Positions 24,331-38,105 of a DNA stretch of 64,000 nucleotides are shown piece by piece (the first letter of the stretch is position 1; every line of letters starts with the position of its first letter). The DNA lies in assembly GCF_046119375.1 (NCBI RefSeq), contig NW_027362761.1, forward strand, positions 889,638,001 to 889,702,000, in the 5' to 3' direction. Under the pieces are notes generated by a model. The model made no database searches. It saw only the letters and a program-made list of their open reading frames with translations, and was not told the DNA's origin. Made by a program: the position numbers and the translations under genes. The DNA comes from Phyllobates terribilis (lineage: Eukaryota).

Positions 24331-26479
24331 GAAAAAAATTATTTTTAATTTGCAACCTGATGGAGGTCAGTATAGATGGACTAATAGACCAAGTCCCACA
24401 CACCGCTAGAAGCCCAAATATTTTTTCAGAGCTAGATGCAGAAAATTTTTTTATTCAATTTGCAACCTGATGGAGGTCAGTATAGATGGACTAATAGACC
24501 AAGTCACACACACTGCTAGAAGCCCAAATATTTTTTCAGAGCTAGATGCAGAAAAAAATTATTTTTAATTTGCAACCTGATGGAGGTCAGTATAGATGGA
24601 CTAATAGACCAAGTCCCACACACTGCTAGAAGCCCAAATATTTTTTCAGAGCTAGATGCAGAAAAAAATTATTTTTAATTTGCAACCTGATGGAGGTCAG
24701 TATAGATGGACTAATAGACCAAGTCCCACACACTTCTAGAAGCCCAAATATTTTTTCAGAGCTAGATGCAGAAAAAAATTATTTTTAATTTGCAACCTGA
24801 TGGAGGTCAGTATAGATGGACTAATAGACCAAGTCCCACACACCGCTAGAAGCCCAAATATTTTTTCAGAGCTAGATGCAGAAAAAAATTATATTCAATT
24901 TGCAGCCTGCTGGACGTCAGTATAGAAGGACTAATAGAACAAGTCCCACACACTGCTAGAAGCCCAAATATTTTTTCAGAGCTAAATGAAGAAAAAAATT
25001 ATTTTTAATTTGCAACCTGATGGAGGTCAGTATAGATGGACTAATAGACCAAGTGCCACACACTGCTAGAAGCCCAAATATTTTTTCAGAGCTAGATGCA
25101 GAAAAAAATTATTTTTAATTTGCAACCTGATGGAGGTCAGTATAGATGGACTAATAGACCAAGTCCCACACACCGCTAGAAGCCCAAATATTTTTTCAGA
25201 GCTAGATGCAGAAAATTTTTTTATTCAATTTGCAACCTGATGGAGGTCAGTATAGATGGACTAATAGACCAAGTCCCACACACTGCTAGAAGCCCAAATA
25301 TTTTTTCAGAGCTAGATGCAGAAAAAAATTATTTTTAATTTGCAACCTGATGGAGGTCAGTATAGATGGACTAATAGACCAAGTCCCACACACTGCTAGA
25401 AGCCCAAATATTTTTTCAGAGCTAGATGCAGAAAAAAATTATTTTTAATTTGCAACCTGATGGAGGTCAGTATAGATGGACTAATAGACCAAGTCCCACA
25501 CACCGCTAGAAGCCCAAATATTTTTTCAGAGCTAGATGCAGAAAAAAATTATATTCAATTTGCAACCTGCTGGAAGTCAGTATAGAAGGACTAATAGAAC
25601 AAGTCCCACACACTGCTAGAAGCCCAAATATTTTTTCAGAGCTAAATGAAGAAAAAAATTATTTTTAATTTGCAACCTGATGGAGGTCAGTATAGATGGA
25701 CTAATAGACCAAGTCCCACACACTGCTAGAAGCCCAAATATTTTTTCAGAGCTAGATGCAGAAAAAAATTATTTGTAATTTGCAACCTGATGGAGGTCAG
25801 TATAGATGGACTAATAGACCAAGTCCCACACACCGCTAGAAGCCCAAATATTTTTTCAGAGCTAGATGCAGAAATTTTTTTTATTCAATTTGCAACCTGA
25901 TGGAGGTCAGTATAGATGGACTAATAGACCAAGTCCCACACACTGCTAGAAGCCCAAATATTTTTTCAGAGCTAGATGCAGAAAAAAATTATTTTTAATT
26001 TGCAACCTGATGGAGGTCAGTATAGATGGACTAATAGACCAAGTCCCACACACTGCTAGAAGCCCAAATATTTTTTCAGAGCTAGATGCAGAAAAAAATT
26101 ATTTTTAATTTGCAACCTGATGGAGGTCAGTATAGATGGACTAATAGAACAAGTCCCACACGCTGCTAGAAGCCCAAATATTTTTTCAGAGATAAATGAA
26201 GAAAAAAATTATTTTTAATTTGCAACCTGATGGAGGTCAGTATAGATGGACTAATAGACCAAGTCCCACACACTGCTAGAAGCCCAAATATTTTTTCAGA
26301 GCTAGATGCAGAAAAAAATTATTTTTAATTTGCAACCTGATGGAGGTCAGTATAGATGGACTAATAGACCAAGTCCCACACACCGCTAGAAGCCCAAATA
26401 TTTTTTCAGAGCTAGATGCAGAAAAAAATTATATTCAGTTTGCAACCTGATGGAGGTCAGTATAGATGGACTAATAGAA
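24331..26479. repeat. 110-bp satellite, about 19.5 near-identical units, just upstream of the transposase ATG
   Basis: Exact 110-bp period of GAAAAAAATTATTTTTAATTTGCAACCTGATGGAGGTCAG...GCTAGATGCA. Confidence 0.97.
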
Positions 26480-26949
26480 TGATGCTATGCCCAAAAGATT
26501 TTACTTCACTAAGTGCAGTAAAAAAATTGGTATTCTATACACAGGTGGTATATCTTGCAACACAGATAGGCTACTCCACTGACTAACACACTCTGCAATA
26601 GGCCAAAAAGGATTAGCTTTGCTAGATTCAGCCAAATGCTGTGAAAAAAACTTGCACAGCACTGGCACAGACCTGCCTGGCAAAAACTGATAGGAACTGA
26701 TGTAACCTAGTCCTGAAAAGGACTCCAATTACAATTAGTCTTTACTCCCACAATCTATCTATTTAAGAGCACAGACCTGCCTGATAAAAGTCGTAGGAAA
26801 TGCTGTAACCTAGTCCTTAAAAGGACTGCAATCACAACTATTCCCTGCTCCCAAGCTATCTGTATATTTGTGCGAAAATTGGCTTGAAATTAACAAGGTA
26901 TAGCGCACACAGCAACAGCGGTGCCGTCTAACACGAAGCTGCAGCAGTG

Positions 26950-27020
26950 AGAAAATGGTGGCGACGGGGAAAATGGCTTGGTCTTATAGGGCAAGGACAT
27001 GTGACATACACTGCCAATCA
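26950..27020 (-). promoter_or_regulatory. Putative hAT transposase promoter (CCAAT / TATA-like / YY1-like)
   Basis: CCAAT 27014-27018, minus-strand CTATAAG 26983-26989 and AAAATGGC 26970-26977. The same order occurs in the element at 33145-33200. Confidence 0.45.
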
Positions 27021-27439
27021 CACATGCCCTTGCTTGTGTGAAAAAAAGCACTTCGCTCCGTGTGTGCGCTGCTGATAGGCTGACAGATTGCACCTCCCCA
27101 CTGCAAATGCGGGAAAGAGAAAAAAAAATGGAGATCTTCATTGTTCCTGCAGAGATCCATCCCCTGCCCCTCCCCCCGCCCCGCTGTACACTCAAACTGC
27201 GTATTAACATTAATTTTCATCATTACTGAGAAAAAATCCAGTTATGATTTTGGTGCACGAACAGTTATCGAACATAACCTCGAACAGCCGAATTTTTCTC
27301 AAATTGTTCATGTTCACCGACCGGCTCGAACACCGCCCAAAACAGCTCGAATTTGAGATTGGCGAACAGTTCGAGTAGAACAACGCTCATCTCTATTTAT
27401 GGGTCAGGACTGAACCAGCTAACTACTTAAAATCACCAG

Positions 27440-28826
<1,387 letters not shown>

Positions 28827-31516
28827 CATATATATATATATATATATATCAGAGCTAGAAAGGCAGTCTATGTGGCAGACTGCAGTGCATACATCACAAG
28901 AGGCTCCATTCTAGTTCTGTCTGTTCCTGCTGTTACAGATATTTCTTAAAATAGCCCCAGGTATCAGGGGCCAGGGATAATTATTTATTTTATCTTAATT
29001 CTGATTATTTGCATATAAAGCAATCCAGAGAACACCGTTTTTCTGCTCCATTTGCTTGTTTCCACAGCAGAATACAGACAGATTCTTTCCATATTACAGC
29101 GATAAAAATCCAGAAATTTGTAGTGAATGTGGAAAATATTGGCCTCTATTTAAATTTTGTTGCAGTGTGTTAGTGAAGTTATTGACACGAGGTCGCTGTG
29201 AAAAAAAGTAACCTACAGGCCAGCTATTTAAAAATGTGGTTTACCACCACACGTATCATATATAAGTGTGCTCCAAATTCAGGCATTTCAGGCCTCCATT
29301 TAAATTTTGTTGCAGTGTGTCAGTGAAATTATTGACACAAGGTCGCTGTGAAAAATAGTAAACAATTGCTAGAAAGTCCGGAGGAGGACCTGGGTGCGGA
29401 AGTGGAAGACGAGGTGGTGGATGATATAGTAACTGACCCAACCTAGCAGGGGGACATGCAGAGCGAGGACAGCAGCACACAGGGGGAGGGAGGCGCAGAA
29501 CCACAACAGGCAGGAAGAAGCAGTGTGGTGGCTGCAGACACAAGGAAAGAATGCGTTCCTCGTAACGCCAACATGACAAAAGTTGCCAGTATAACTGTTA
29601 GGTCTTCCCTAGTCTGGTTGTTTTTTAAAGACTCATTTGATAAACCCAAAAAGGCCATTTACACCACCTGCCAGGCCAGCATTAGCAGGGATAGCAAAAC
29701 TACCAGCCCGACCACCACCAGCATGATCAGGCACATGGCAGTAAAGCACCAGACTAAGTGGGCCGACCCCCAGGGTCCAGCAAAACTGTCTGCGGGTGAC
29801 ACCACTGCTTGTTCCTCTGTTGTGCGTGCATGCCAATCCCCTATCCATGGCGCATGCCAAGATGCCTCCCACCCTGCACCTGTCATTGAACACTCTCAAC
29901 TAGCACCATCAGCAAGCACGTCCATGTCCTTTTCCCAGTGCAGCGTTTAGTTGTCCCTACCCCAGTCCTTGGAACGCAAGCGCAAATATCCACCTAACGT
30001 CCCACAGGCCAAACTACGAAATTCACACATTTCGTGAATGCTTGTGCTCGAAATGTTGCCTTGTAGGCTCGTGGAGACAAAAGGTTTCCGCAACCTGATG
30101 GAGCCGGCCATCCCTCGGTACACGGTCCCAAGCCGCCACTATTTCTCCCTGTGTGCCATTCCTGCATTACACGAGCACGTGTTCCACAACATTAGCCGTG
30201 CCCTCAACTATGCAGTTACTGGGAAAGTCCACCTAACTACAGAAATGTGGACAAGTACTTGTGGGCAGGGACGGTACATCTCGCTGACGGCATGCTGGGA
30301 TAACATAGTGGAAGCCGGGACCCAGTCAGACCTTGGGATGGAACATGTCCTCCAGACGCCGAGGATTGCGGGCCCTGGGTCAATCAGGGTTGCCCCCACA
30401 TTCTACAGCTCCTGCAACTCATCCTCCTCGTCCTCCACTTCAGCCTCCATCTCCGAAATTACCACATCAGTCACAAGCTGGAAGCACTGCAGCACTGCCA
30501 ATCGGCAACAGGCTATGCTGAAGCTAATATGCTTAGTTGACAAATCATACAATACTGAAGAGTAGGCAGATCTGTGGCTGACACCGTTGAAACTTTAGCC
30601 AGGTATGGTCGTGTGTGACAATGGCCGGAACCTGGTGGAAGCTCTGAGTCGAGGCGAGCTCACACACGTACCATGACTGACCCATGTGCTTAATCTCGTG
30701 GTTCAGCAGTTTTTCAAAACCTACCTGGATCTGTCGGATCTGCTTGTCAAAGTACGCCACCTGTGTGCCCATTTTAGAAAGTCAGCTACACCTTCCACCG
30801 CCCTTGCCGTGCTTCAGCAATGTTTGCAGCTTCCAGCTCACTGACTGATCTGTGATGGTCCCACGTGTTGGAACTCTACATTGCAGATGTTGGGAAGGAT
30901 TTGTGAGCAGAAGAGGGCAGTTCTTGACTACCAGCATCAACAAGGGCGTCGGTATTCAGGTCAGACTTCACATATAAAACCTCAGGAGTGGACATGGATG
31001 TCAGACATATGTACCATCCTCCAAAACTTTGAGGACTCCACCTAGATGGTGTGCGGCGATGACGCCATAATTAGCGTCACCATCCCCCTTCTCTGTCTTC
31101 TGAAACGCTCTTTGCTCTCAATTAAAGAGGATGCATTGCAGGCGGAGCACGATGAGATGGAGCAAGGAACCATACAAGGTGATTATACACAGCCCAGCCT
31201 CATCTCATCCCAACGTGGATTGGGTGACAATGAGGAAGAGTAGGAGGAGGAGAAAGAAGAACAGGAGCTAGTTTTCTGCGCTATATACTACCTGCACAAC
31301 CGTCATACCGTCTGTTCAGCGTGGATAGCCTGAAGACAGGGAGTAGGAGGAAGAGAAGGAGGAGGAGAGCATGGTCAGTCGTCCTCTTGGTGAGAACACG
31401 GAAGTCTTGCCTCCTTGCAGTCTAAATCCAAAGGCGGTGAAAGTAGAGATATACGTCCGCGCCGCTGAAAGATCCTCAAGTCAGGAACATGTAATAATAT
31501 CCTTGTTTATTGGTAA

Positions 31517-31561
31517 ATGCCTACGCGTTTCTGGGTGTTCCACACCCCTTCATCAGGGCAC
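31517..31561 (-). ncRNA. Minimal type I hammerhead ribozyme
   Basis: GTGCC-CTGATGA-A-G-GGGTGT-GGA-ACACCC-A-GAAA-C-GC-G-T-A-GGCAT: both core boxes, stem I GTGCC/GGCAT, palindromic ACGCGT stem III, GUA triplet. Confidence 0.75.
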
Positions 31562-31906
31562 CAACAGATATATCAATGTATGCACTGAAACACTCCATTT
31601 ATATACAGACAGCAAATGAAAAAAAAGGGTTCAAAAAGGAAGAGCAGAAAAAAACCAAACATAACCTTTGCACCTGAGGCCGTGTGCAAAAGAGAGAGAA
31701 AAAAAAAAAAAAAAAGGGGGCAAAAAGATAATGTTGTACAGAAAAGTATAAATAATCAAAGGTATCAGTCAAATGGAGTAATTACATAAAAGCAATATTA
31801 CTTACTAACAAGGTTTTTTTCTGCTCTTCCTTTTTGAACCCTTTTTTTTCATTTGCTGTCTGTATATAAATGGAGTGTTTCAGTGCATACATTGATATAT
31901 CTGTTG

Positions 31907-31951
31907 GTGCCCTGATGAAGGGGTGTGGAACACCCAGAAATTCGTAGGCAT
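31907..31951 (+). ncRNA. Second hammerhead copy with a mutated stem III
   Basis: Same motif but GAAATTCGTA, so the ACGCGT palindrome is lost. Confidence 0.6.
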
Positions 31952-33144
31952 TTACCAATAAACAAGGATATTATCACATGTTCCTGACTTGAGGATCTTT
32001 CAGCGGCGCGGACGTATATCTCTACTTTCACCGCCTTTGGATTTATTCTGGTCCTGTGGGACACCCATTGGAGATCCGCTGCAGCTGCTTTTTATACGTT
32101 ATGGTGGTTGTGTCCTTACACAACCAAACCAGGTGAGCACCACCTTTTTATTTTTCATTCCTATGTCTACAGGTGAAACTCTATTGGTCTTTGCTCTCTC
32201 TCTCTCTTTGTATTTCTCTTTGCAGTCTGTCACACATGGCTCAGTTTATGTTATGCTGCCTTTCCCATGACCCTCGAGTCGTCCAAATTTTGGGTGACCG
32301 TCATTACTGGTTGGTGACGCTTCTAAACCCACATGGAACATGGTGAGGGAGTACCTTGCCGACCATACCAACATCCTCCGTGATTCCTCTGTGCCTTATA
32401 ATTATTGGGTATCCAAGCTGGACCCGTGGCATGAACTGGCTCTTTATGCCTTGTAGGTCCTGGCGTTTTGTCAGAGTGGGTTTTTAGTGCCACCGGTGGA
32501 ATTATTACCGATAGGTGCATCCGCCTGTCAACTGAAAATGCTGACAGGCTGACTCTTATAAAAATTAACAAGGGCTGGATTGGGCCAGACTTCTCAACAG
32601 CACCAAATGATAGCAGCGTAACATAAACTCAAATACAGTGTCTTTTTTTGGGGAGGTCTAACTCTCTTCCCATGCACCTCTGTCTTCACACCCAGACATT
32701 GGTATACTCTTCCTGATTTTGTATATATGCTCTTGTCCTCCTCCTTCTCCGCATTCTCATCCTCCACCACCATATCACCAACATATGTACCATATCAACA
32801 TATCTACGTCTCTTGCAGGGGGCATTGGAGTTCCTCCAAATTTTTGGCAGCCGTTGCTTCACTGCATAGGCAAACACTATGGGAGACCCACTTCCTATTT
32901 ATTTCTGTTAATGTTAATGATAATGGCTAGTGTTGAGCGAACATGCTTGACACTGCTCGGTACTCGCCCGAGCATCACGCTACTCGGGATGTTCGGCGAG
33001 CACCGAGCATTTCTGGGTTACTCGGGTGGGAGCTCGGGTCTCCACCCTGCATGTTTGGCGCTCTTTACAGAGCCAATGAACATGCAGGGATTGCCAGCCA
33101 GTCACTGTAATGCCGCAGCCATGTTGGTTGTGGGCATTACATTG

Positions 33145-33200
33145 ATTGGCTGGCCGCACAGCGTCACCTCGAGTATTTAAAACCGGGCGCCGCCATCTTG
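33145..33200 (+). promoter_or_regulatory. Putative hAT promoter (ATTGG, TATTTAAAA, CGCCATCTTG)
   Basis: Motifs at 33145-33149, 33174-33182 and 33191-33200. Confidence 0.5.
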
Positions 33201-33499
33201 GACACAGACGGCTGGGATCAGACAGTGTAGGGACAGCGCTGCTGATTTAGGGAGAGATATATACTCCGAAATAGTTAGTGTAGGGTCTGTAAAGGCTGCC
33301 AGATCAAACAAACTATCCTTCTCAGGACTAATATCCATCCCAGATATCAGGCAGGCAGGCAGGCTGTATAGGAGACGCAGTGGTTATACCAGCAAAATGC
33401 TGCAATACAGTCCTGTGTGCTCCTGTTGCTGAAATTGCTGCACATAGCTCCAGGTCTCGGGGGCCAGGAAAAATCCTTTTTTTTTCATCTAAATCCTCT

Positions 33500-35190
33500 T
33501 TTTTTTTTCCTCCTTCACACTGTACAAATACCCATCTTATTAACCTTTTGGTGTCCCCCCCCCCCCAAAAAAAAAGTGTGTCTGTGACAGTTCAGACACA
33601 AATATATCTGTTGAAAATAGTCTGGTGTAGGCCAGAGAAACAGAAGTGTGGTTTTGCAGTTCCATGGTTCAAACCTCTGTATTATCCACTTTTGGGCCAT
33701 TTGTATGTAAAAAAAAAACAGTTTGAGTGTGTCGCTCACTGTTCAGCCGCAAATATATATATTTAAAAAAGGTGTGGTATACACCAGTAAATTATAACTG
33801 TGGTTTTGCTGTTCCACGGTAAAAAATCTCTATTATCCTGCTTTTGGCATTTTTTGCCGTAAAAAAAAACCGAATAGTGTCTCCCTGATTTTTCAGACAC
33901 AAATATATCTGTTGAAAATAGTCTGGTGTAGGCCAGAGAAACAGAAGTGTGGTTTTGCAGTTCCACGGTTCAAACCCTCTGTATTATCCACTTTTGGGCC
34001 ATTTGTTTCTAAAAAAAAAACAGTTTGAGTGTGTCGCTCACTGTTCAGCCGCAAATATATATATTTAAAAAAGTCTTGCATACACCAGTAAATTATAACT
34101 GTGGTTTTGCTGTTCCACGGTAAAAAATCTCTATTATCCTGCTTTTGGCATTTTTTGCCGTAAAAAAAAACGAATAGTGTCTCCCTGATTTTTCAGACAC
34201 AAATATATCTGTTGAAAATAGTCTGGTGTAGGCCAGAGAAACAGAAATGTGGTTTTGCAGTTCCACGGTTCAAACCTCTGTATTATCCACTTTTGGGCCA
34301 TTTGTTTCTAAAAAAAACAGTTTGAGTGTGTCGCTCACTGTTCAGCCGCAAATATATATATATAAAAAAGTCTTGTATACACCAGTAAATTATAACTGTG
34401 GTTTTGCTGTTCCACGGTAAAAAATGTCTATTATCCTGCTTTTGGCATTTTTTGCCGCAAAAAAAAAACGAATAGTGTCTCCCTGATTTTTCAGACACAA
34501 ATATATCTGTTGAAAATAGTCTGGTGTGGGCCAGAGAAACAGAAGTGTGGTTTTGCACTTCCACAGTTCAAACCTCTGTATTATCCACTTTTGGGCCATT
34601 TGTATCTAAAAAAAACCAGTTTGAGTGTGTCGCTCACTGTTCAGCCACAAATATATATATTTAAAAAAGTCTGGTATACAGCAGTAAATTATAACTGTGG
34701 TTTTGCTGTTCCACGGTAAAAAATCTCTATTATCCTGCTTTTGGCATTTTTTGCCGTAAAAAAAAAACGAATAATGTCTCCCTGATTTTTCAGACACAAA
34801 TATATCTGTTGAAAATAGTCTGGTGTATGCCAGAGAAACAGAAGTGTGGTTTTGCAGTTCCATGGTTCAAACCTCTGTATTATCCACTTTTGGGCCATTT
34901 GTATCTAAAAAAAAACAGTTTGAGTGTGTCGCTCACTGTTCAGCCGCAAATATATATATTTAAAAAAGTATGATATACTGTACACCAGTAAATTATAACT
35001 GTGGTTTTGCTGTTCCACGGTAAAAAATCTCTATTATCCAGCTTTTATTATTCTTTCCGTAAAGAAAAACGGTAATAGTTTCTCCCTAATTGTTCAGATT
35101 GTTTAAAAGAGTCAGGTGTAGGCCAGAGAAATAGAACTGTGGTTTTCCTCTTCCACGGTTCTAATCTCCTTTATATTACCCTTTTTCCAT
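33500..35190. repeat. About 300-bp array (about 5.5 units), each a dimer of two related ~150-bp subunits, upstream of the transposase ATG
   Basis: CAGACAC anchor at 33593, 33894, 34194, 34492 and 34791. GTGGTTTTGC occurs twice per unit. Confidence 0.95.
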
Positions 35191-38105
35191 TGATAATGCG
35201 AGTGTAAGCTATTTTACTTCCTTTACAATGGGCAAGGCGCGGGGCAAGGGACGTGGAACTGGACGTTCTGGTGATGGTGCGTTCAGAGGACGGGGCCCGT
35301 GGCCAAGGTGAAAATGTGCCACAACCAACAGCCACATCTTCTCGCCCCCACTTCTTGATCGAATTACTAGGGAAGCACAGAACAACACCAGTATTGCGAA
35401 CTGATCAGTGTGAACAGGTTATTAATTGGATAGCAGATAATACTTCCAGTTACCTGGGCACCACCACCTCCGGTATGTCTTCCACACGGTCAAATCTTAG
35501 TAGCCGTGAGTCTCGACCGCATACTCCTCCTCACCATGATGCTCCATCCTCCCACCGTGCCGAGTGTCGTCAGACAGCAACTGATCCCACACTTGGACAC
35601 TCTGAAGAGCAGTTCACTGGTCCATTTCCAGATTTGTGCCCCTCGCCTGCTCCGCTTGAAGTGGTGGAAGAGGAGATCCCATGTAGCGATGCCAAAATAT
35701 TTGAACAGCCACGGCCACAGGAAGTAGACGCTGGCAATTTGTCACAAGAGGTGGACGATGACGAGACAAAATTGCCAGGAAGTGAGGAGGAGGATCGTGG
35801 GGTGCAAGTGGAAGAGGAGGAGGTGGTGGATGATCTAGTAACTGACCCAACGTGGCAGGAGGACGTGCAGAGCGAGGCCAGCAGCACACAGGCTGAGGGA
35901 GGCAGAGTACCCCAACAGGCAGGAAGAAGCAGTGTGGTGGCCGCTCACAGAAGGCTGGCAACAGTTCCCCGCAACACCAACACGAGGGACATTGCCAGTT
36001 CAACCTGTAGATTTTCCAGAGTCTGGAATTTTTTTAAAGACTCTGCTGATAACCCCAAAAAGGCCATTTGTACTACCTGCCATGCCAGTATCAGCAGGGG
36101 TGACAAAACTACCAGCCTGACCACCACCAGCATGATCAGGCACATGGCAGCAAAGCACTCGACTTTGTGGGGCGAACCCCAGGGTCCACGACCAGTGTCA
36201 GCGGGTGTCACCACTGCTTCATCCGCTGTTGTGCGTGCAATAGAACCCCCTGTTGTGTGTGCAAGGCAATCCCCTGTCCATACTGCATGCAAAGATGCCC
36301 CCTCCTCTCAGTCTTCACTTGTTATGGCAGTTTATCAAGAAACACCATCAACGTCCACGTCCCACCGCAGCGTTCAATTGTCCACATCACAGAGCTTTGA
36401 ACGAAAGCGCAAATTCGCAGCCAACGCCCCACAGGCCACAGTCCTAAATTCGCACATTTCACGACTGCTTGCGTTGGAAATGCTGCCTTTTAGGCTGGTG
36501 GAGACGGAATCCTTCCGCAACCTTATGGCGGTGGCCGTCCCTCGGTACTCGGTCCCCAGCCGACACTATTTTGCCCGGTGTGCCATCCCCGCACTACACA
36601 AGCACGTGTCCAAAACATCTGCCGTGCCCTCAACAACGCAGTTACTGGGAGAGTCCACCTGACCACAGACACGTGGACAAGTGCTTGTGGCCAGGGACGG
36701 TACATCTCCCTGACGGCACACTGGGTAAACATAGTGGAAGCCGGGACCCAGTCGGACCTTGGAACAGAACACATCCTCCCCACACCGAGGATTGCGGGCC
36801 CTATGTCAGTCAGAGTTGCCCCCACAGTGTACAGCTCCTGCGCATCATCCTCCTCCTCCTCCTCATGTTCAGCCTCCATCTCAGATTTCACCACATCAGT
36901 TACAAGCTGGAAGCACTGCAGTACTGCCTCCGCCAAGAGGCAACAGGCTGTGCTGAAACTCATAAGCTTAGGTGAGAAACCTCACACTGCTTGTGAGTTG
37001 TGGACAGCTGTGAAAGAGCAGGCAGATATGTGGCTGAGACCGCTGAACCTACATCCAGGCATGGTCGTGTGTGACAATGGCTGTAACCTGGTGGCGGCTC
37101 TGAGGCGAGGCGAGATCACACGCGTACCATGCCTGGCTCATGTGCTTAACCTCATGATTCAGCGGTTTCTTAAATTGTACCCCGAGTTGCCAGATCTGCT
37201 CGTCAAATTACGTCGCGTGTCAGCTCATTTTCGCAAGTCGGCTACAGCTTCCGCCGCCCTTGCTGTGTTGCAGCAGCGTTTGCAGCTTCCGTCACACCGA
37301 CTGGTGTGTGATGTCCCCACACATTGGAACTCTACCCTCCACATGTTGCAAAGGATTTGTGAGCAGAAGAGAGCAGTTGTGGAGTACCAGCTGCAACAAG
37401 GCCTTCAATATTCAGGTCAGACTCCACATATAAGACCTCAGGAGTGGACCTGGATGTCTGACATATGTACCATCTTGACCTACTTTAAGGAGTCCACCAA
37501 GATGGTGAATGGTGATGACGCCATCATTAGCGTCAGCATTCCACTTGTCTGTCTTTTGCAATGCTCTCTGCAGAGAATTAAAGAGGAGGCATTGCAGCCA
37601 GAGTATGATGAGATGGATCAAGAAGCCATAGCGGTCGATTACACACAACCCCGCCTCATCTCATCCCAACATGCATTGGGGGACAATGAGGGAGAGCAGG
37701 AGGAGGAGGAGGAGGATGAAGAACAGGAGCTTGAATCATGCACTGTAGACGGTAGTACCTGTACAACTGTCATACCGTCGGTTCAGCGTGGGTGGCCTGA
37801 GGAAAGGGGGGAGGAGGAGGAGGAGGAGGAGAGCATGGTCAGTCGTCATCTTGATGAGGACACGGAAGTCTTGCCGTTACCGGTCTGGCACGCATGGCTG
37901 ACTTTATGTTACGTTGCTTTAACCGTGACCCTCGCGTTGTCAAAATGTTGGGTGACAGTCATTACTGGTTGGTGACACTTTTAGACCCCCGCTACAAGGA
38001 GAACTTTCACTCTCTTATTCCTGAGGTGGAGAGGTCTACAAAAATGGGGCAGTGCCTGAAGGCCCTTGATGCAGAACTGTTAAAAAAATTCCCATCTGAA
38101 CACGC

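Larger units (their letters stand above)
16052..27395 (-). mobile_element. Full-length 11.3-kb hAT transposon with intact transposase and cargo
   Basis: Termini TAGTGTTGAGC (16052) and GCTCATCTCTA (27395). Perfect 8-bp TSD TTTATGGG at 16044-16051 and 27396-27403. GTTCG/CGAAC subterminal motifs at both ends. Confidence 0.95.
31423..32219. mobile_element. Penelope-like (pLTR) insertion with a 234-bp inverted repeat
   Basis: Arms 31423-31656 and 31812-32045 are near-perfect reverse complements. TTGCAGTC is duplicated at 31415-31422 and 32220-32227, and the hAT frame resumes. Hammerhead motif in each arm. Confidence 0.75.
29150..32895 (+). pseudogene. Decayed hAT copy (transposase fragments with 5' and 3' repeat remnants)
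   Basis: BED-like WLFFKD..CQAS..TTTSMIRH, KVHLTTEMWTS, CDNGRNL, CWNST and TFIKINKGW. About 150-bp duplicated unit at 29150-29365. Confidence 0.85.
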
